A DNA stretch of 64,000 bases from the NCBI GenBank assembly GCA_964016885.1, contig OZ024740.1, positions 106,826,001 to 106,890,000 of the forward strand, given 5' to 3'. Under the pieces are notes generated by a model. The model was not told where the DNA came from, did not search any database, and worked only from the letters and a program-made list of their open reading frames with translations. Position numbers and translations under genes: made by a program. The stretch's first letter is position 1, and the number at the start of each line of letters is the position of its first letter. The stretch is from Eledone cirrhosa (taxonomy: Eukaryota). Below, piece after piece: positions 26,790 to 41,429 of the stretch.

Positions 26790-27186
26790 GCGGGTACATG
26801 GAAATACTCGGTTTGGTGCCCGAGCGTGCGGTTAGTCCACCGTTAAAACATCATTCTAGGAGAAGGAAGACTTTGGTATAAAACCTGCGACTCGAAGCAG
26901 CCTTTTATGTTGACCTGTTCTTATTTTTGGACACATTGTGCAGAAAGTGTGATCGGTTCAGTGCAAGGCCTTTCTTCACTTAAAGAAGCTTTAAGCACAA
27001 GAATCGCTTAATCTAAACGACTTTCACGTGTGTTGCAAGATCATGGCCTTTTCTTTTTTCTTTCGCTGCAACATATGCAGAAAGGAATCTAAGCCCTTGA
27101 CAGGACTAACAGTCCATGTTTGTTCCGCCTATGCATGAGAAAAATGTCAAGAGATGGCAGTTCTCGAAACAGATATGCAACCAATA
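26790..27186 (+). mobile_element. Diverged non-autonomous RTE-derived element
   Basis: ttctaggagaaggaagact and gtgcaaggcctttcttcacttaaagaagctt blocks; 3' end gcaaccaa(TATG)n. Confidence 0.55.
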
Positions 27187-27197
27187 TGTATGTATGG

Positions 27198-27357
27198 CTT
27201 GGGTATGACACTAAACTGTATATGGTGATGAGGTCCAGTTTGAGAGATCTGGGGTTCTGGGGAGTATGGAGTTACCCCTTAGTCACTATTACTCCCAGGT
27301 CCGCTCTGACCCGGATTGTAGTAACTGTCAAGGTCCCATATATGGATTAAATAATCT
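27198..27357 (+). repeat. Interspersed SINE-like repeat fragment
   Basis: gtatgacactaaactg...attactcccaggtcc.ctctgacccgga...gtcccat.tatgg; recalled as an abundant octopus repeat, not verified. Confidence 0.4.
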
Positions 27358-27359
27358 TA

Positions 27360-28762
27360 GTGGCAAGACCTCAACATGCCAAGACCCTACATCTATCAAC
27401 ATGTTTTGTAGCTTCTAACAGCCACGCCCCAGCTTGGGTAACTCCCCTGTCACCGAGGAAGATTTTTGAGCCAGATGTTAGGAATACAATCGATGTAAAA
27501 CCTACGACCTGGGGACCTCCGTCACCGTTACAGCTTGCTAGGCCATGACAGATGAACCCAGGGTGTAACGGATAAAGTCAGTTAAGCGCGCACTGCAATT
27601 CCCCTAAAAACTCCACTGTGCAGTCTGGAAGGACATGTCCACGACCACCAACCACTCCAAGCGATAGGAAAGAGGTGAAATGGCAGGTAGAATATGACAC
27701 CGGAAGCCGCAGTCCCAATCCAGATTGCAGGCGGTTCAGGAATTTGACCGTCTGGTGTTTACTCGGGGACAACAACATCGTTCGGCACACCCTGAATGAT
27801 CTAACAGTCTTCTCTAGGGGCAACACTCCTTGCTCCATATGGAGAGGGGCCTAGAAAATGTGGCCTAAACAAAGCACGTCTCCTACAAGCTTGAAAAGTC
27901 TGCCAACAGGTCATTCTAAATGAATCATCTCTATGCGCCTCCCATTAAGTAATCATCATTATGCTACGTTCTTCATGGTGTACTCCGCAACTCTTCAAGC
28001 AGATCCTACTGTAAAGAAGTTTTACTCTGACGACAAGGTCATAATCTTTGACGATTTCAACGCCAAAGTAGGCCGAGATTCTGTTGCTTGGAAGGGAGAG
28101 CTTGGGAGACACGGCGTTATTAACTGAAATGACAGTGGGTGCTTACTGTTTGGGTTCTCGTCATCGCGAGCAGAAGGACAGTTTGAAAACAACCTGGTTG
28201 CATCCTCGGTCCAAATGTTGGCACCTCCTTGATTATATTCTAGTGCACCGGTGTGACCTAAAACACCGACCATCGTCACACCGACCATCGTCTAGTTCAC
28301 TGAAAACTCAAGCTCTAATTTAAACTCAAATCAAAGAAAGGTGGGGCCCTCAGAAAAAAGTTCAAGGTACGCAGTTTCCAGTCATCTGATGTGAAAGCTG
28401 GCTTCCAGGCAGCTCTTTAGTCGAGACTTGAAGATGCACACATCCCTCTCCTGAAACACTTTGGGAATATTTCAAAATTGCCATTCTGCAGACATCTGAG
28501 GAAGTCCTTCGGTTCACCTTAATGAAAAAAAAAAAAATGGTTTGACGAAAACAACAAAGAAATTCAAGAATTGCTGGCGAAGAAAAGATCCACCCACCAA
28601 GCCAACTTAGCTCAGCTATTTTGCCCAGTGAAGAAAACTTCATTCTGCCTCCTATGCAGTAACTTTCAGCACAAAATTCGAGAGATCCAGAACAAGTGAT
28701 GGACCAGCCTCGCTGGGAGGACTCCGCTGTGCGCAGACACTGGAGATATTAAGAGCTTCTAC
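27360..28762 (+). mobile_element. Decayed RTE (BovB-like) 5' half: 5' UTR and APE endonuclease
   Basis: VY.ATLQAD...KKFY, II.DDFNAKVGRD..AWKG.LGRHG, KTTWLHPRSKCWHLLDYILV, IQNK.WTSLA...CADTGD.KSFY. Confidence 0.85.
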
Positions 28763-28794
28763 GCGCACACACACACATTATATATAAGTACATA

Positions 28795-28988
28795 GGGGCG
28801 GTGGATTGGCAGTATCGGTAGAGGGTCGGACGCCATGCTTTCCAGCACAGTTACGTCCCTTTACGATCTGAGTTCAAATCCCGCCGAGGTTGACTTTGCC
28901 TTTCATCCTTACGGGGTCGATAAAATAAAGTACCAGTAATGAACTGGGTAATTGCTGGCCTTGTGCCTAAAAAAGTAGAAACAATTAT
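28795..28988 (+). mobile_element. Nin/Deu-domain tRNA SINE, full copy
   Basis: tggcagtatcgg A box, gagttcaaatccc B box, ggggtcgataaaataaagtaccag core. Confidence 0.8.
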
Positions 28989-29041
28989 ATATAAGTACAT
29001 ATATATATATATATATATATATAATGTTTGTGTGTCATATA

Positions 29042-29138
29042 CAGGGTGTCGAAAAAATGTATACACACTGATTACCTGTACAGGCAATATTTATTAGAAT
29101 ACTGTTGAAGTGTGGAAACATTTTTGGGGGATACCCTG
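29042..29138. mobile_element. 97-bp Tc1/mariner MITE
   Basis: TA|CAGGGTGTCGAAAAAATGTATACACACT ... AGTGTGGAAACATTTTTGGGGGATACCCTG|TA. Confidence 0.7.
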
Positions 29139-29246
<108 letters not shown>

Positions 29247-29535
29247 TGTGTGTGCGTGTGTGAATAATACATTGCTAGTGAAACAATTCATCTGACTATC
29301 ATCACATTTGTAGTTCTAACAGGAAATTAAATAAAATTGTGGAATAACAAGAGTTTTATTATCTAAAACCATTTCTCAAGTGTTTGTTTTATTCCAAAAC
29401 CCGAAACCATGAAACATACAAGTTGGCCGTTCAAATGTTTGGCTCGAATTCTCTGTCACCAATGATAATCTACAACATATGCTTGGGAAAAAACCCTGCT
29501 GAATTACTCTAATTGTTTCGCAGAATTTCTTTCTC

Positions 29536-29820
29536 AGAATTGAGAAATCACAGCTCCATTACTATGGACATGTTGTTAGAATGTTTCAGGAATGAATTGC
29601 TAGACAGATTTTCCGGACAAAACCAACTGCTAGGAGACCCAGGTGTAGACGCCGTGCAAAATGGTTGGATAACATCCATGAGCTCGGCTGGTATCGCTTG
29701 GAGATCCAGCCGGATCAATTGGAGACAGTTACTTCTGACAGGACTCGCTGGAGTATTTGAGGAATCTACCCTAACAACCATTCCAGGAATAAGTCAGCTA
29801 AGAAAAAAAAAGAAGGTTAT
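29536..29820 (+). mobile_element. RTE (Rex3/Expander-like) 3' fragment with 15-bp target-site duplication
   Basis: YYGHVVRM.QE*IARQI...P..RRPR.R.R.KWLDNI..LGW..L.I; TSD cagaatttctttctc at 29521 and 29821. Confidence 0.75.
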
Positions 29821-29939
29821 CAGAATTTCTTTCTCCGATTTCTGTGTTTCAGTTTTCTAATTCTTCGACGTGTTCAGCGTAAACAGCAGCAATGGCATTC
29901 TCCTTCTCCATCATCACCTTCCACAACTCAATACCTCCG

Positions 29940-30230
29940 ACTACTACCACTACCACTACCACCACTATCACTACTACCACCACTACCACTACCACCACTA
30001 TTACTACCACTACCACCACTACCACGACCATTACCACCACTACCGCCACTACCACAACTAATACCACCACTACCACCACTATTACTACCACTACCACCAC
30101 CATTACCACCACTACCTCCACTACCACCACTACCACGACCATTACCACCACTACCGCCACTACCACAACTAATACCACCACTACCACCACCATCACTACC
30201 ATTACTACCACTACTACAACCACTCCATCA
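29940..30230. repeat. (ACC/ACT)n trinucleotide tract
   Basis: Direct reading. Confidence 0.95.
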
Positions 30231-30402
30231 ACCATGTTATATAATACTTGACATTTTCAAGCCGAAAAAAGCGCAAGAATGAAAACTAAAACGACTTAAA
30301 TACTATAACTATTTTGACATATATATGAGACAATTATACATACACATATACACACACATATACACATACACACATAGAGACATAAACACACACACGTACA
30401 CG

Positions 30403-30455
<53 letters not shown>

Positions 30456-30460
<5 letters not shown>

Positions 30461-30612
30461 TAATAAAAATAATGAATAAACAAAGAAACAGTTCCTTATA
30501 TTAAAAAATTCATCATTTTACGATCGTTTCTAGGATATATATGTTAGTGTTGGTATGCATATCCTATAGATCTATGTAAAATTTTTACAAACTATCAGAA
30601 GGAATATACATA
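30456..30612 (-). mobile_element. Fragment of the pLTR family at 39090-39700
   Basis: Reverse-complement similarity to 39545-39700, including GAAAC-gatc-GTA. Confidence 0.65.
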
Positions 30613-30630
30613 TATTTTGGTAGATTTATC

Positions 30631-32215
<1,585 letters not shown>

Positions 32216-33139
32216 CAATATATACAAACACTTGCATATGCAGATATTTGATACTTTTCTATTATTAGCAACAACTGTTCCACAATTCTCACCATTTATT
32301 GCCATATATGGGGAAATGGCTTCTTTTTAACATAGTTGTTATCAGGTCTAATGTATTGTTTTATGATGTAAGTTTATGATTTTCACGCACTAACTCATTA
32401 CGAGCATTAGAGGGTGTTGTTGATTAGCCACAAGCCAACCCTGATAGGGGTGGGAGAAGCTATGATCGAAGCCTTACCAGACAGTGTGCAAAACACATAT
32501 TATCTAACGTATCCTTGCTTTCTTCCTCCCTTCCTTCCTTCCTTCCTTCCTTCCCTTTTCCCCTTCAGAAAAGGTTAGGTAACAGGAAGTGTTTTGAGGG
32601 AGGGGCTGCTGTGTTCGTGGAATCAGTCGTTGGCTCCCTGAGTTAATGGTTATTATTGGTTGTTATGATGGCTGGTTAGCTCAGGTTGAGCAGACCTATG
32701 ATTTAAGGCACTTAAGCGACGTTAATCCCATCTTCCGGTATATCTAAAAATTACATAATCAAATGTATCATGAACATTTTAAAGATGGTGGGGTGTGATT
32801 TAAGGGAAATTTAGCTAATGTTTCTAACAAGAAGATTGATTACACAGAGGCATTCTCGTTAGATATGTGTGTGAGCTAGTGATGGTTGTTTTTTGTTTTT
32901 AAGCTCAAATTGTTTGGTCGTAATTATTGTTATTTGCAATGTTAATGCTGCTCTTAAAAGCATGACGAAGTTTCATTTAATCACGACTATGAAAATAGGA
33001 GGATAAGAATCCTGCAATTTAACAAGGGCGATTGGATTTCTCACTTCCACTTTCTCTCATTCCCTTCAGCCTAATCCCATATACTGCCTTTCTGGAATAC
33101 TCCTACACAATCATCATTTGCTTAAGCCTATTAGGCTGC

Positions 33140-33320
33140 AACTGGCTGTGTGGTTAGGAAGATCGCTCCACAACGAAATGATCTCAGGTTCTATTACACT
33201 ATGTGTCAACTTGAATAAGTATCTTCTACTATATCTTTGGGTCTCTCATATCTTCAGGTCAATCAATCAATATCTTGGGAATTAATTTGAGGAGACGGAA
33301 ATTGTGTGAAAGACAGACGG
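33140..33320 (+). mobile_element. Degenerate tRNA-derived SINE (related copy ~62075-62195)
   Basis: tggctgtgtggttaggaag..cgct...caggttc...cttctactata...gacggaaa.tg. Confidence 0.5.
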
Positions 33321-34239
33321 GGGTGCTGTTTTTTTTTTTTTGTTTTTTTTTTTTGTTCTTTTGCTTGTAGATTTAATGTCTCTCAATTTAACATCACCAA
33401 CTAACCCTTGAGTATCTTTAATAGAATGTACTTTTCTCAAGCATTCGGATCAGGTCTTTGGCTAAGGGTAACTTTCTCTCTTACTGAAACTAACCTCAGG
33501 TACCTTAAACATGTCACGGATGCGGCGTTTCGGCTTCTGGCTAATTTTATTAGTAGAAAAAACTACTCATGTATTATCGTGGTCCACTGTAGTGTCAGCA
33601 GATGGTGGTCGACAGTAGGATGGATGGGAGGAAGGTAACCTCAAATCCGAGACTTGGTCCAAATGATTGCAAAGAAATGGTTTCTGCTAAAGGAGCACCC
33701 AAGAACGATGTGGTCGTGTTAAATTGGACGACAGATTAAGTCTACCACCTGAGTAAGCCACACCGAGATTTGTACTCAAAACAGCACTAAAACAGTACCA
33801 AGAGTCAGCGATCATCCTTCCCAACTATAGATTGAATATCCCCACCAACCCTCAATTGGCCAAGTGTGGTGAGTACGGCTATATTCCTGAAGACACGGCC
33901 AGAACCAAACAGGAAGCCGTGAAGGTCAACCAGGTAGAGGTTCCTCTAATAGGAGTAAGAAGGCCATGGATTGGATTGGATTGGGCTTTAGTAAAATACT
34001 TATATCTGCCGAAGCCGGAAAATCAGTCGGACACATGTACAGAAATTTGCATTTAATATATAGTATAGAAAGGTCAGGTGTTGGATTGGAAGAATTGTTA
34101 GAGAGTCGAACAAAATTCTTAGCAGTATTTGTTCCGAGTCATTACGTTCTGAGTTCAAATCCCACAGAGGTCGACTTTGCCTTTAATCTTCACGGAGTCG
34201 ATAAAATATAGTACTAGTGAAGCATATGTGAGGAAAGAG

Positions 34240-34305
34240 TGGGTTATATTTGTGGGAAGATTGGGTTATATTTGTGGGAAGATTGGGTTATATTTGTGGG
34301 AAGAT
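34240..34305. repeat. 22-bp tandem repeat x3
   Basis: tgggttatatttgtgggaagat repeated. Confidence 0.9.
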
Positions 34306-34639
34306 AAACTGGACATAATAGGTTTCGTTTTAATTATATCTTAAAGTTTAGACCTTGTTTATCGAGATACTTCCTGTTAATATAATCACCGATCTTCTAT
34401 TTCATATCCATTTCCCGTGCTGGTTGTAGATTTAAATAAACAAATAATTGTTTCTACTTTAGGCACAAGGCCAGCAAATACCCAGTGCATTACTGGTACT
34501 TTAAATAAACAAATAATATAATATAGTCTCATGTTGTATGTATGGCAGCGAAGCCCTCCTACTGATTCGTTCGGGATCAAATGTTTCTCTATTTATTATG
34601 CTCTGAGTTCAAATCCCACCGATGTCAACTTTGCTTTTC

Positions 34640-34878
34640 TTCTTCTTCTTTGTACACTTATTCTTGGGAGGGTCGTGGGGCAGAGTCCTCACACACTCTT
34701 TCCAGCAGGTCCTGTTCAGATGCAACCGTTTCCAATTGATCCAGTTGGATCCCCAACCGAGTTCATTGATGTTATCCAACCATCTTGATCTGAATCCACC
34801 CCTGAGTCTCCAGGTTTTGCCCGTAAAATCTGTTCAGCAATTCTTTCTTGAGACATTCTAACCACATTTCCGTAATAT
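34640..34878 (-). mobile_element. RTE 3' fragment, same family as 29536-29820, inserted in a SINE
   Basis: Shares ggttggataacatc.atga.ctcgg.tgg...ggatcaattgga; (AAG)n tail; SINE halves on either side. Confidence 0.7.
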
Positions 34879-35324
34879 CGGGGTCGATAAATAAATTACC
34901 AGTTTAGGGGTGGTGAATTGGTGGAATTGTTAAAGAATAGGTCGCATAGTTTTGCGGTTTCTCTTTCAGTTCTGTACGTTCTGAGTTCAAATCCCATCTA
35001 CTGTCACCGGAAAAAGATGACGCTTGTGCCATAAGTTGCAAGCGGCAGATAATATCAGTTATGGAAAGACGATCGGCTCCTTTCCTTTTTTCCCTTTATG
35101 TCTTTCGTTTTCAGACTGTTCCAATTTATTTAATATATATTTTCATTTGGAATTCTTAATAAACGGAAACCGGCACTCGAATTAAAAATGCCTTAAACAC
35201 TCATTTTTAAAAAATAATATATTAATAGATATACATCAGAATATAAATTAGGGAAATTCATAAACACACACTTACTCGCTGTCTCTGTGTCTGTCTGTCT
35301 CTGTCACACACACACACACATAGA

Positions 35325-35366
<42 letters not shown>

Positions 35367-35394
35367 CAAAAGATAGAGAGGGGGAGAGACAAAT

Positions 35395-38300
35395 AGATTG
35401 ATAGATAGATATATTTCTTCATTAGCCACAAGGGCGCACAAGAAAAGGGGACAAAACAAAGACATGCCGGGGATTTTACATACAGTCGTGTAAAAATATG
35501 AAACAAACAAATATAACAATCGAAATCCCCAATAGGCGGGAGGCGCCACAAATGGGTTGTTTAATACCCCGTCGATAGAACAGCCCTCAACTTCAGGAGC
35601 GTGTTGTGCAAGTGATCCTTTCTTCCTTTTGCTCTCTTCTTCAACCTTCAGGTTTATATACAGAGAAGCCCCAATCACTCGGGTCATTTTTGCCACATTC
35701 ACCCACCTTTCAGTAAATTTACTGGGGTGCAGTGCCTCTCTCTCCACTCTGATTCTCCTTCTAAAGTGGTATCTTAAGAAGGGAATGAGTTGTCCGGAGA
35801 GAAAATCATCTGTCCTCAGTCCTCTCAATCTCGTCCACCATATAACTTCTTTCACTATAGCCACTGTACAGAGGAAAACCGACTCTCTTTCGTTTTTGAA
35901 AGAAGTTGGCGATTTGACCCTTACTATGGACTCGGCAGTCAACTGGATTTGTCCCATACGCGATAGCAGTTGTTCCGCGAAGTTCTCCAGGTCGGTTATG
36001 CCCGGGCAGTGTAAAATTGCGTGCAGGACGGTTTCAATGTCCTACCCGCATCTTGGACACGTCCTCTTGGAAGGATCCCTGCTGGGGCGTCCGTGCCTGT
36101 AGATCTTGTCACGAACTGGTAGAGCTCCTCGGTAGCACTGCCAAGCCAGAGACCTCTGGAAGATGTCCATAGGTCCCGGGCGGAAAGTCCTACTAAACAG
36201 ACTGGTGAGCTCGTCGTCTTACGCCCAGAGTCTCTCCGAGCACGTCGTCGCCCTTGTAACGTACTAACCCTCTATAGAATGTTGAAGTGGAGTCTCCACT
36301 GATTGCCGTGCTCGCTTGCCAGAGGACTGTGGGCGTCTGAGCGCATTCAATGTGCCAGGCGCCCATCTTTTTCGGTCTACGCTTGACGCAGGACTGCAGC
36401 TCCGTCAGCGAGACAAGTTGCGGGAAGGTATGTCTCCCAAACGGTGTGGGCAGAGTGCAAACTATCCTTGAAAGGTCGAGCGGAGGTGGCGAACACTTTC
36501 ATAGCGTCCGTCATCTACTACCGCTTGACCGTCGTGCCTTGTCCCCGTGAACACCTCACCATGATGGAACGCATGCTCTTCCAGTTGCTTTGCAAGAAGC
36601 AGGCTCCACTGGTGAGGAGATCCGTCCGCTGTCAGCACCCTTCCAACGGGGGGCTGGGAATGCCGCGGCTGATGATGCGCAAACATGCGCTGAGGCTACG
36701 GCATCTACAGGTATTCCTCACCGACCCCCAAACGGTGCCCACACCGTTTGGGGGTCGGTGAGGAATACCTGTAGATGCCGTAGCCTCAGCGCATGTTTGC
36801 GCATCATCAGCCACGGCATTCCCAGCCCCCCGTTGGAAGGGTGCTGACAGCGGACGGATCTCCTCACCAGTGGAGCCTGCTTCTTGCAAAGCAACTGGAA
36901 GAGCATGCGTTCCATCATGGTGAGGTGTTCACGGGGACAAGGCACGACGGTCAAGCGGTAGTAGATGACGGACGCTATGAAAGTGTTCGCCACCTCCGCT
37001 CGACCTTTCAAGGATAGTTTGCACTCTGCCCACTTCTGGGTGAGTGCAAATACCTTGGCCGTGACCTCGTTCCAGTTTTTCTCCACCTGGAGATCCGGAC
37101 CGAACCAGACCCCGAGCATTTTCACCGGTCCGTCCGTCCAGCGTCCGACGACGCTGTCGGACGGCATCGGTTTGCCTCTCCACGTTCCGAGTTGCAGCCG
37201 ACAGACTTGTCAGGTTTCAGTTTTGCTTCTGTGAGCCTTTCGTATTCCTGCAGTAAGTTGTTGAACGCCCCGATTTCCGATGTTTCCGAAACCATTACTG
37301 TCACGTCGTCGGCATAAGCCGACGCCGCTTTCCGCAGTCCCGGTTCCAACGAGATGCCCTGCAGCAGCTCCAACTTCTGCAGTAGTGGCTCCAGAGTCAG
37401 CACGTACATAATGAAGGAGAGAGGGCATCCCTGTCTGATGGAACGCGTGATTGCGAACGGCTCCTTTAGGTAGCCGTTCACCTTGACCGTCGAGCAGATG
37501 TTGGTGTGCATTGCGGTGATCCAGCCTCCGAAGACGGGTCCGAAACCGGCCGCCTTGAGAACCGCTTCCAAGTATCGATGGTCGACACTATCGAACGCCT
37601 TAGTCATATCTAAATTGATCAGAGCCCCACCGAAGCCGGGTTTACACCCCACCCTCTCTATGATGTATCGCATGAGGTGGAGGTTGTCGTGTATGGACCT
37701 GATCGGGATTGCAAACGTTTGCGCTTTCCCTACCATGTTCTCGACGACAAGCGCCAACACCGTGTTGAGCAGAGTTATGGGCCTAAAGTTGCTTAGTTCG
37801 TCCCCCTTGTTCTAGACTTTCCTGATCAGCGTTACTACGCCCCTGCCTGCAGAACTGGGAATTCTCCCGTTCTGCTGCCAGTTGCAGTAGACGGCTTCGA
37901 GGACGCCAGAGAACAAGTCGGGCATGCCTATGTAAAACTCATAGGGTAGACTATCTAGACCGGGTGATTTGCGTTTCCCGCAGCGGCCCAGAGCGTCCCG
38001 TATCTCAGTAGCTCTGATCGGTCTTTCGCAGAACTCGGCGTTCATGCTCGAGAGTCGCGGCAGGCCGTCGAGGTATGAACTGAAGTCCGTTGCCTTGTTC
38101 GACGCACCGCCACTCTGCTCGAACAGTTGCGCAAAGTGCCGCTGAAAGGCCGCGCATATGCGCTTGGGGTCAAGTAGTACGCGTCCGTTTTGGTCTTTCA
38201 AAGACCGAATCGTGGACTTGTTGCCACTTTTCGCCTCTTCCACTCGGGCCCAGCTAACAGCTTTCGCTCCCTCGTTTCCTAGAGCACGTGATTTACTTCT

Positions 38301-38955
38301 GACCACGCAGCATTCGTGTTTCGCTTCGAAGAACTGGTCTAGTGCCGTCCTCGTTGCTAACACTCTATCTGCGTTGCCACTCCTAAGCGCCGCCTCTACC
38401 TTGGCTATTAGTTCTGTTTCTGTTTTGTTTTTCTCTAAGGCTAATTCTCTGCTAAAGTCTATCGACTCTACTATAATTGCTCTCTTGAGAGAGTACCACC
38501 ATCTGTTGTTGACGATGGCTCCCCTCAACTATTGCTTAACTAATCTACTTATCCATTCACTGTAGGCTTTATGAGTCGGTAGCGACACGTTCAGCTTCCA
38601 GTATCCGGGTCCTTGTCTATGTATTCTATCACGGTTGACTATGCAGATGACTAGTTTGTAGTCTGAATAGGCAACCATGTGCATTTGTGGACAGCTTAAC
38701 ATCTTATTGTCTCTCTCTCTCTCTAATAAAGAACCTGTCTAAATACGATCTAAATGTCCCGCTACGGTTTGTCCACGTCCACTGTGGTGCAGTGGTGAAA
38801 TCTAGTCGATACCTATTGGCCAGTTGGAATTGGCCGATTAAATTTTTGAGGCTGTTGCACCCGCCTCTACTGGGACATGATCCTACATAATCCCATCGTG
38901 CGTCTAGGATACCATTCCAATCCCCAACTAAAAGCAAGGGGTGAGACGTTCCCCG
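35395..38955 (-). mobile_element. Tx1/L1-clade LINE ORF2 (APE, RT, CCHC), decayed, 5'-truncated, with internal fold-back duplication
   Basis: LLVGDWN, WTWTN..RSYLDRF, PGYWKLN, KSPGLD.LPYEFY, FRPITLLN, LDM.KAFDSVDH, IRQGCPLS, AYADD, CPRC..ETVLHAILHC. Confidence 0.92.
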
Positions 38956-39004
38956 AAAAGATTCGATAGGTTTCTGGTACCACAGAAATTCTTATTTATT
39001 ATTT

Positions 39005-39695
39005 AAATTAAATTAATTGATAGGTATACTTATAGGGATAAATTTATATTAATTCATATGGATGTGATAAATAAGAATTCTTATTAATCACATCCATATG
39101 AATTAATATAAATTTATCCCTATAAGTATACCTATCAATTAATTTAATTTCTTGTTATAGATCTAAATTCCCTGTCTTTTAAATAAGATTGGTATTCTCA
39201 CTAACACCTTTACCTTAAAATTTTATTCTCCTTCGGTTTTAACATTAACATTATTCTTTAATAACATCAAATTTTCGTGTACCTTTCACCGGCTTGACCT
39301 CTTTTCATCCCCAAAGTATTCTTTTCATTCAAAGTATTCTTTCCATTCAAAACTTAAGTTTGCATTCCTCTACCCCTAAATTAAATTTCTACTACTACTA
39401 TTCTATCAACTTGACCTCTTACTACTTTTCTATTGGTCAATTCAAAACCTGTTCCCAAACAGACCTATTATATTAAATCTTTGTTGGTTTTTTTTCAATA
39501 AACAAATATCATTATTTCTGAAGACAGCATATATATGTGAAGGTATGTATATTTCCTCTGATAGTTTGTAAAACTTTTACATAGATCTATATGATATACA
39601 TACCAACACACATATATATCCTAGAAAGGATCGTAAAATGATGAATTTTTTAATATAAGGAACTTGTTCTTTGTTTTTATTCATTGTTTTTATTA

Positions 39696-39700
<5 letters not shown>
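39005..39700 (+). mobile_element. PLE pLTR-like element with 64-bp perfect fold-back at its 5' end
   Basis: 39005-39068 is mirrored at ~39087-39150; candidate hammerhead at 39509-39644 (attt-CTGAAGA...GAAAg-gatc-GTA-aaat); ends in (TA)n. Confidence 0.6.
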
Positions 39701-39772
<72 letters not shown>

Positions 39773-39777
<5 letters not shown>

Positions 39778-40494
39778 AGATTTGAATGGATACAGTTTAG
39801 TTGAAAGGAATTTATTGACACGTGTTTCTATAACAGTTACATAACCTAAAACAGCTATCTACAAACTTTTAGTTATGCAGACATTCAATATTTCAATGTT
39901 ATTATTTACTGTCATTTCATCAGAATAATATTACTGAGGACCTATTTAGTTTTTATAGAGTATATTAGGAGGGAGGGGTGAAGTTGTTAGAAGAATAGTT
40001 GAAGGAGTGGTTTTTCGATAGCAGTGAGAATTCTTGGTGGCAGTGAGTAATTAGATTCCCATCTGTTGTTTTGACATTTTTTATAGAATATATTATTGGT
40101 TATTTTTCTAAATCTATAGAAGGATTAGAGATAGTAAAGATATGCGTGGTTGGTTTTGTGTTTGCACTTAATTAACATTCAGACTTAAATTTTTCTTTCA
40201 AGTGTACGTATCCTTTCACCCACGCATTCACACACAAATATATTTGCACACCTCTACAAAATACATATACTCACAATTCACATATTCATACTTACATATA
40301 TATACACATGCATACACATATATATTGAATGTGTCTAAAAACGTCCATAAGTATGTATATATATGTGAAAATGTATATAAATAAGTAAATATATATATAT
40401 GTTTGATGTGTATAGTTAGATGTAAGTGTATTCATGTATTAAAGTGCTTATATATATATGTATATGTATATATGTGTATATGTATATATATGTA

Positions 40495-40585
<91 letters not shown>

Positions 40586-41429
40586 GTATATATATGTATA
40601 TATGTATGTATATATGTGTATATGGATGTGTAAGTATGTGTATGTGTGTACACATGGACTAGAGTATGTATGTATATATGTGTGTGTCTATACGTGTGTA
40701 TATAAAGATAAGTTGAGTATGAAAATGTATACACATGAGCGCGTATGTATGTACATGAATACATGTGTGTATATATATGTGTATGCATGTGTATATATAT
40801 GTAAGTATGAATATGTGAATTGTGAGTATATGTATTTTGTAGAGGTGTGCAAATATATTTGTGTGTGAATGCGTGGGTGAAAGGATACGTACACTTGAAA
40901 GAAAAATTTAAGTCTGAATGTTAATTAAGTGCAAACACAAAACCAACCACGCATATCTTTACTATCTCTAATCCTTCTATAGATTTAGAAAAATAACCAA
41001 TAATATATTCTATAAAAAATGTCAAAACAACAGATGGGAATCTAATTACTCACTGCCACCAAGAATTCTCACTGCTATCGAAAAACCACTCCTTCAACTA
41101 TTCTTCTAACAACTTCACCCCTCCCTCCTAATATTCTCTATAAAAACTAAATAGGTCCTCAGTAATATTATTCTGATGAAATGACAGTAAATAATAACAT
41201 TGAAATATTGAATGTCTGCATAACTAAAAGTTTGTAGATAGCTGTTTTAGGTTATGTAACTGTTATAGAAACACGTGTCAATAAATTCCTTTCAACTAAA
41301 CTGTATCCATTCAAATCTTTCTATTTTTCTCCGGATTACTTTTGGAACTACAACTGGAACCGTCGAGCAAACTCTACGTGAGCTGATAATCTACTGTGTG
41401 TAATATTTATATTACAACACAACGGAAAA

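Larger units (their letters stand above)
34080..35000 (+). mobile_element. Cluster of Nin SINE copies and fragments
   Basis: gagttcaaatccc at ~34151, ~34605 and ~34983; gtcgataaa cores; a minus-strand tail at 34445-34500. Confidence 0.65.

Noticed and set aside
27285-27325. Twister-like motif ccaggtcc...cccgga
   Set aside because: Lacks the UAA cleavage loop and pseudoknot partners; resemblance is superficial
29849-29940. Short coding-looking stretch ELWKVMMEKENAIAAVYAEHVEELEN as a host exon
   Set aside because: No recognisable family, no convincing splice pair, and it adjoins a repeat tract
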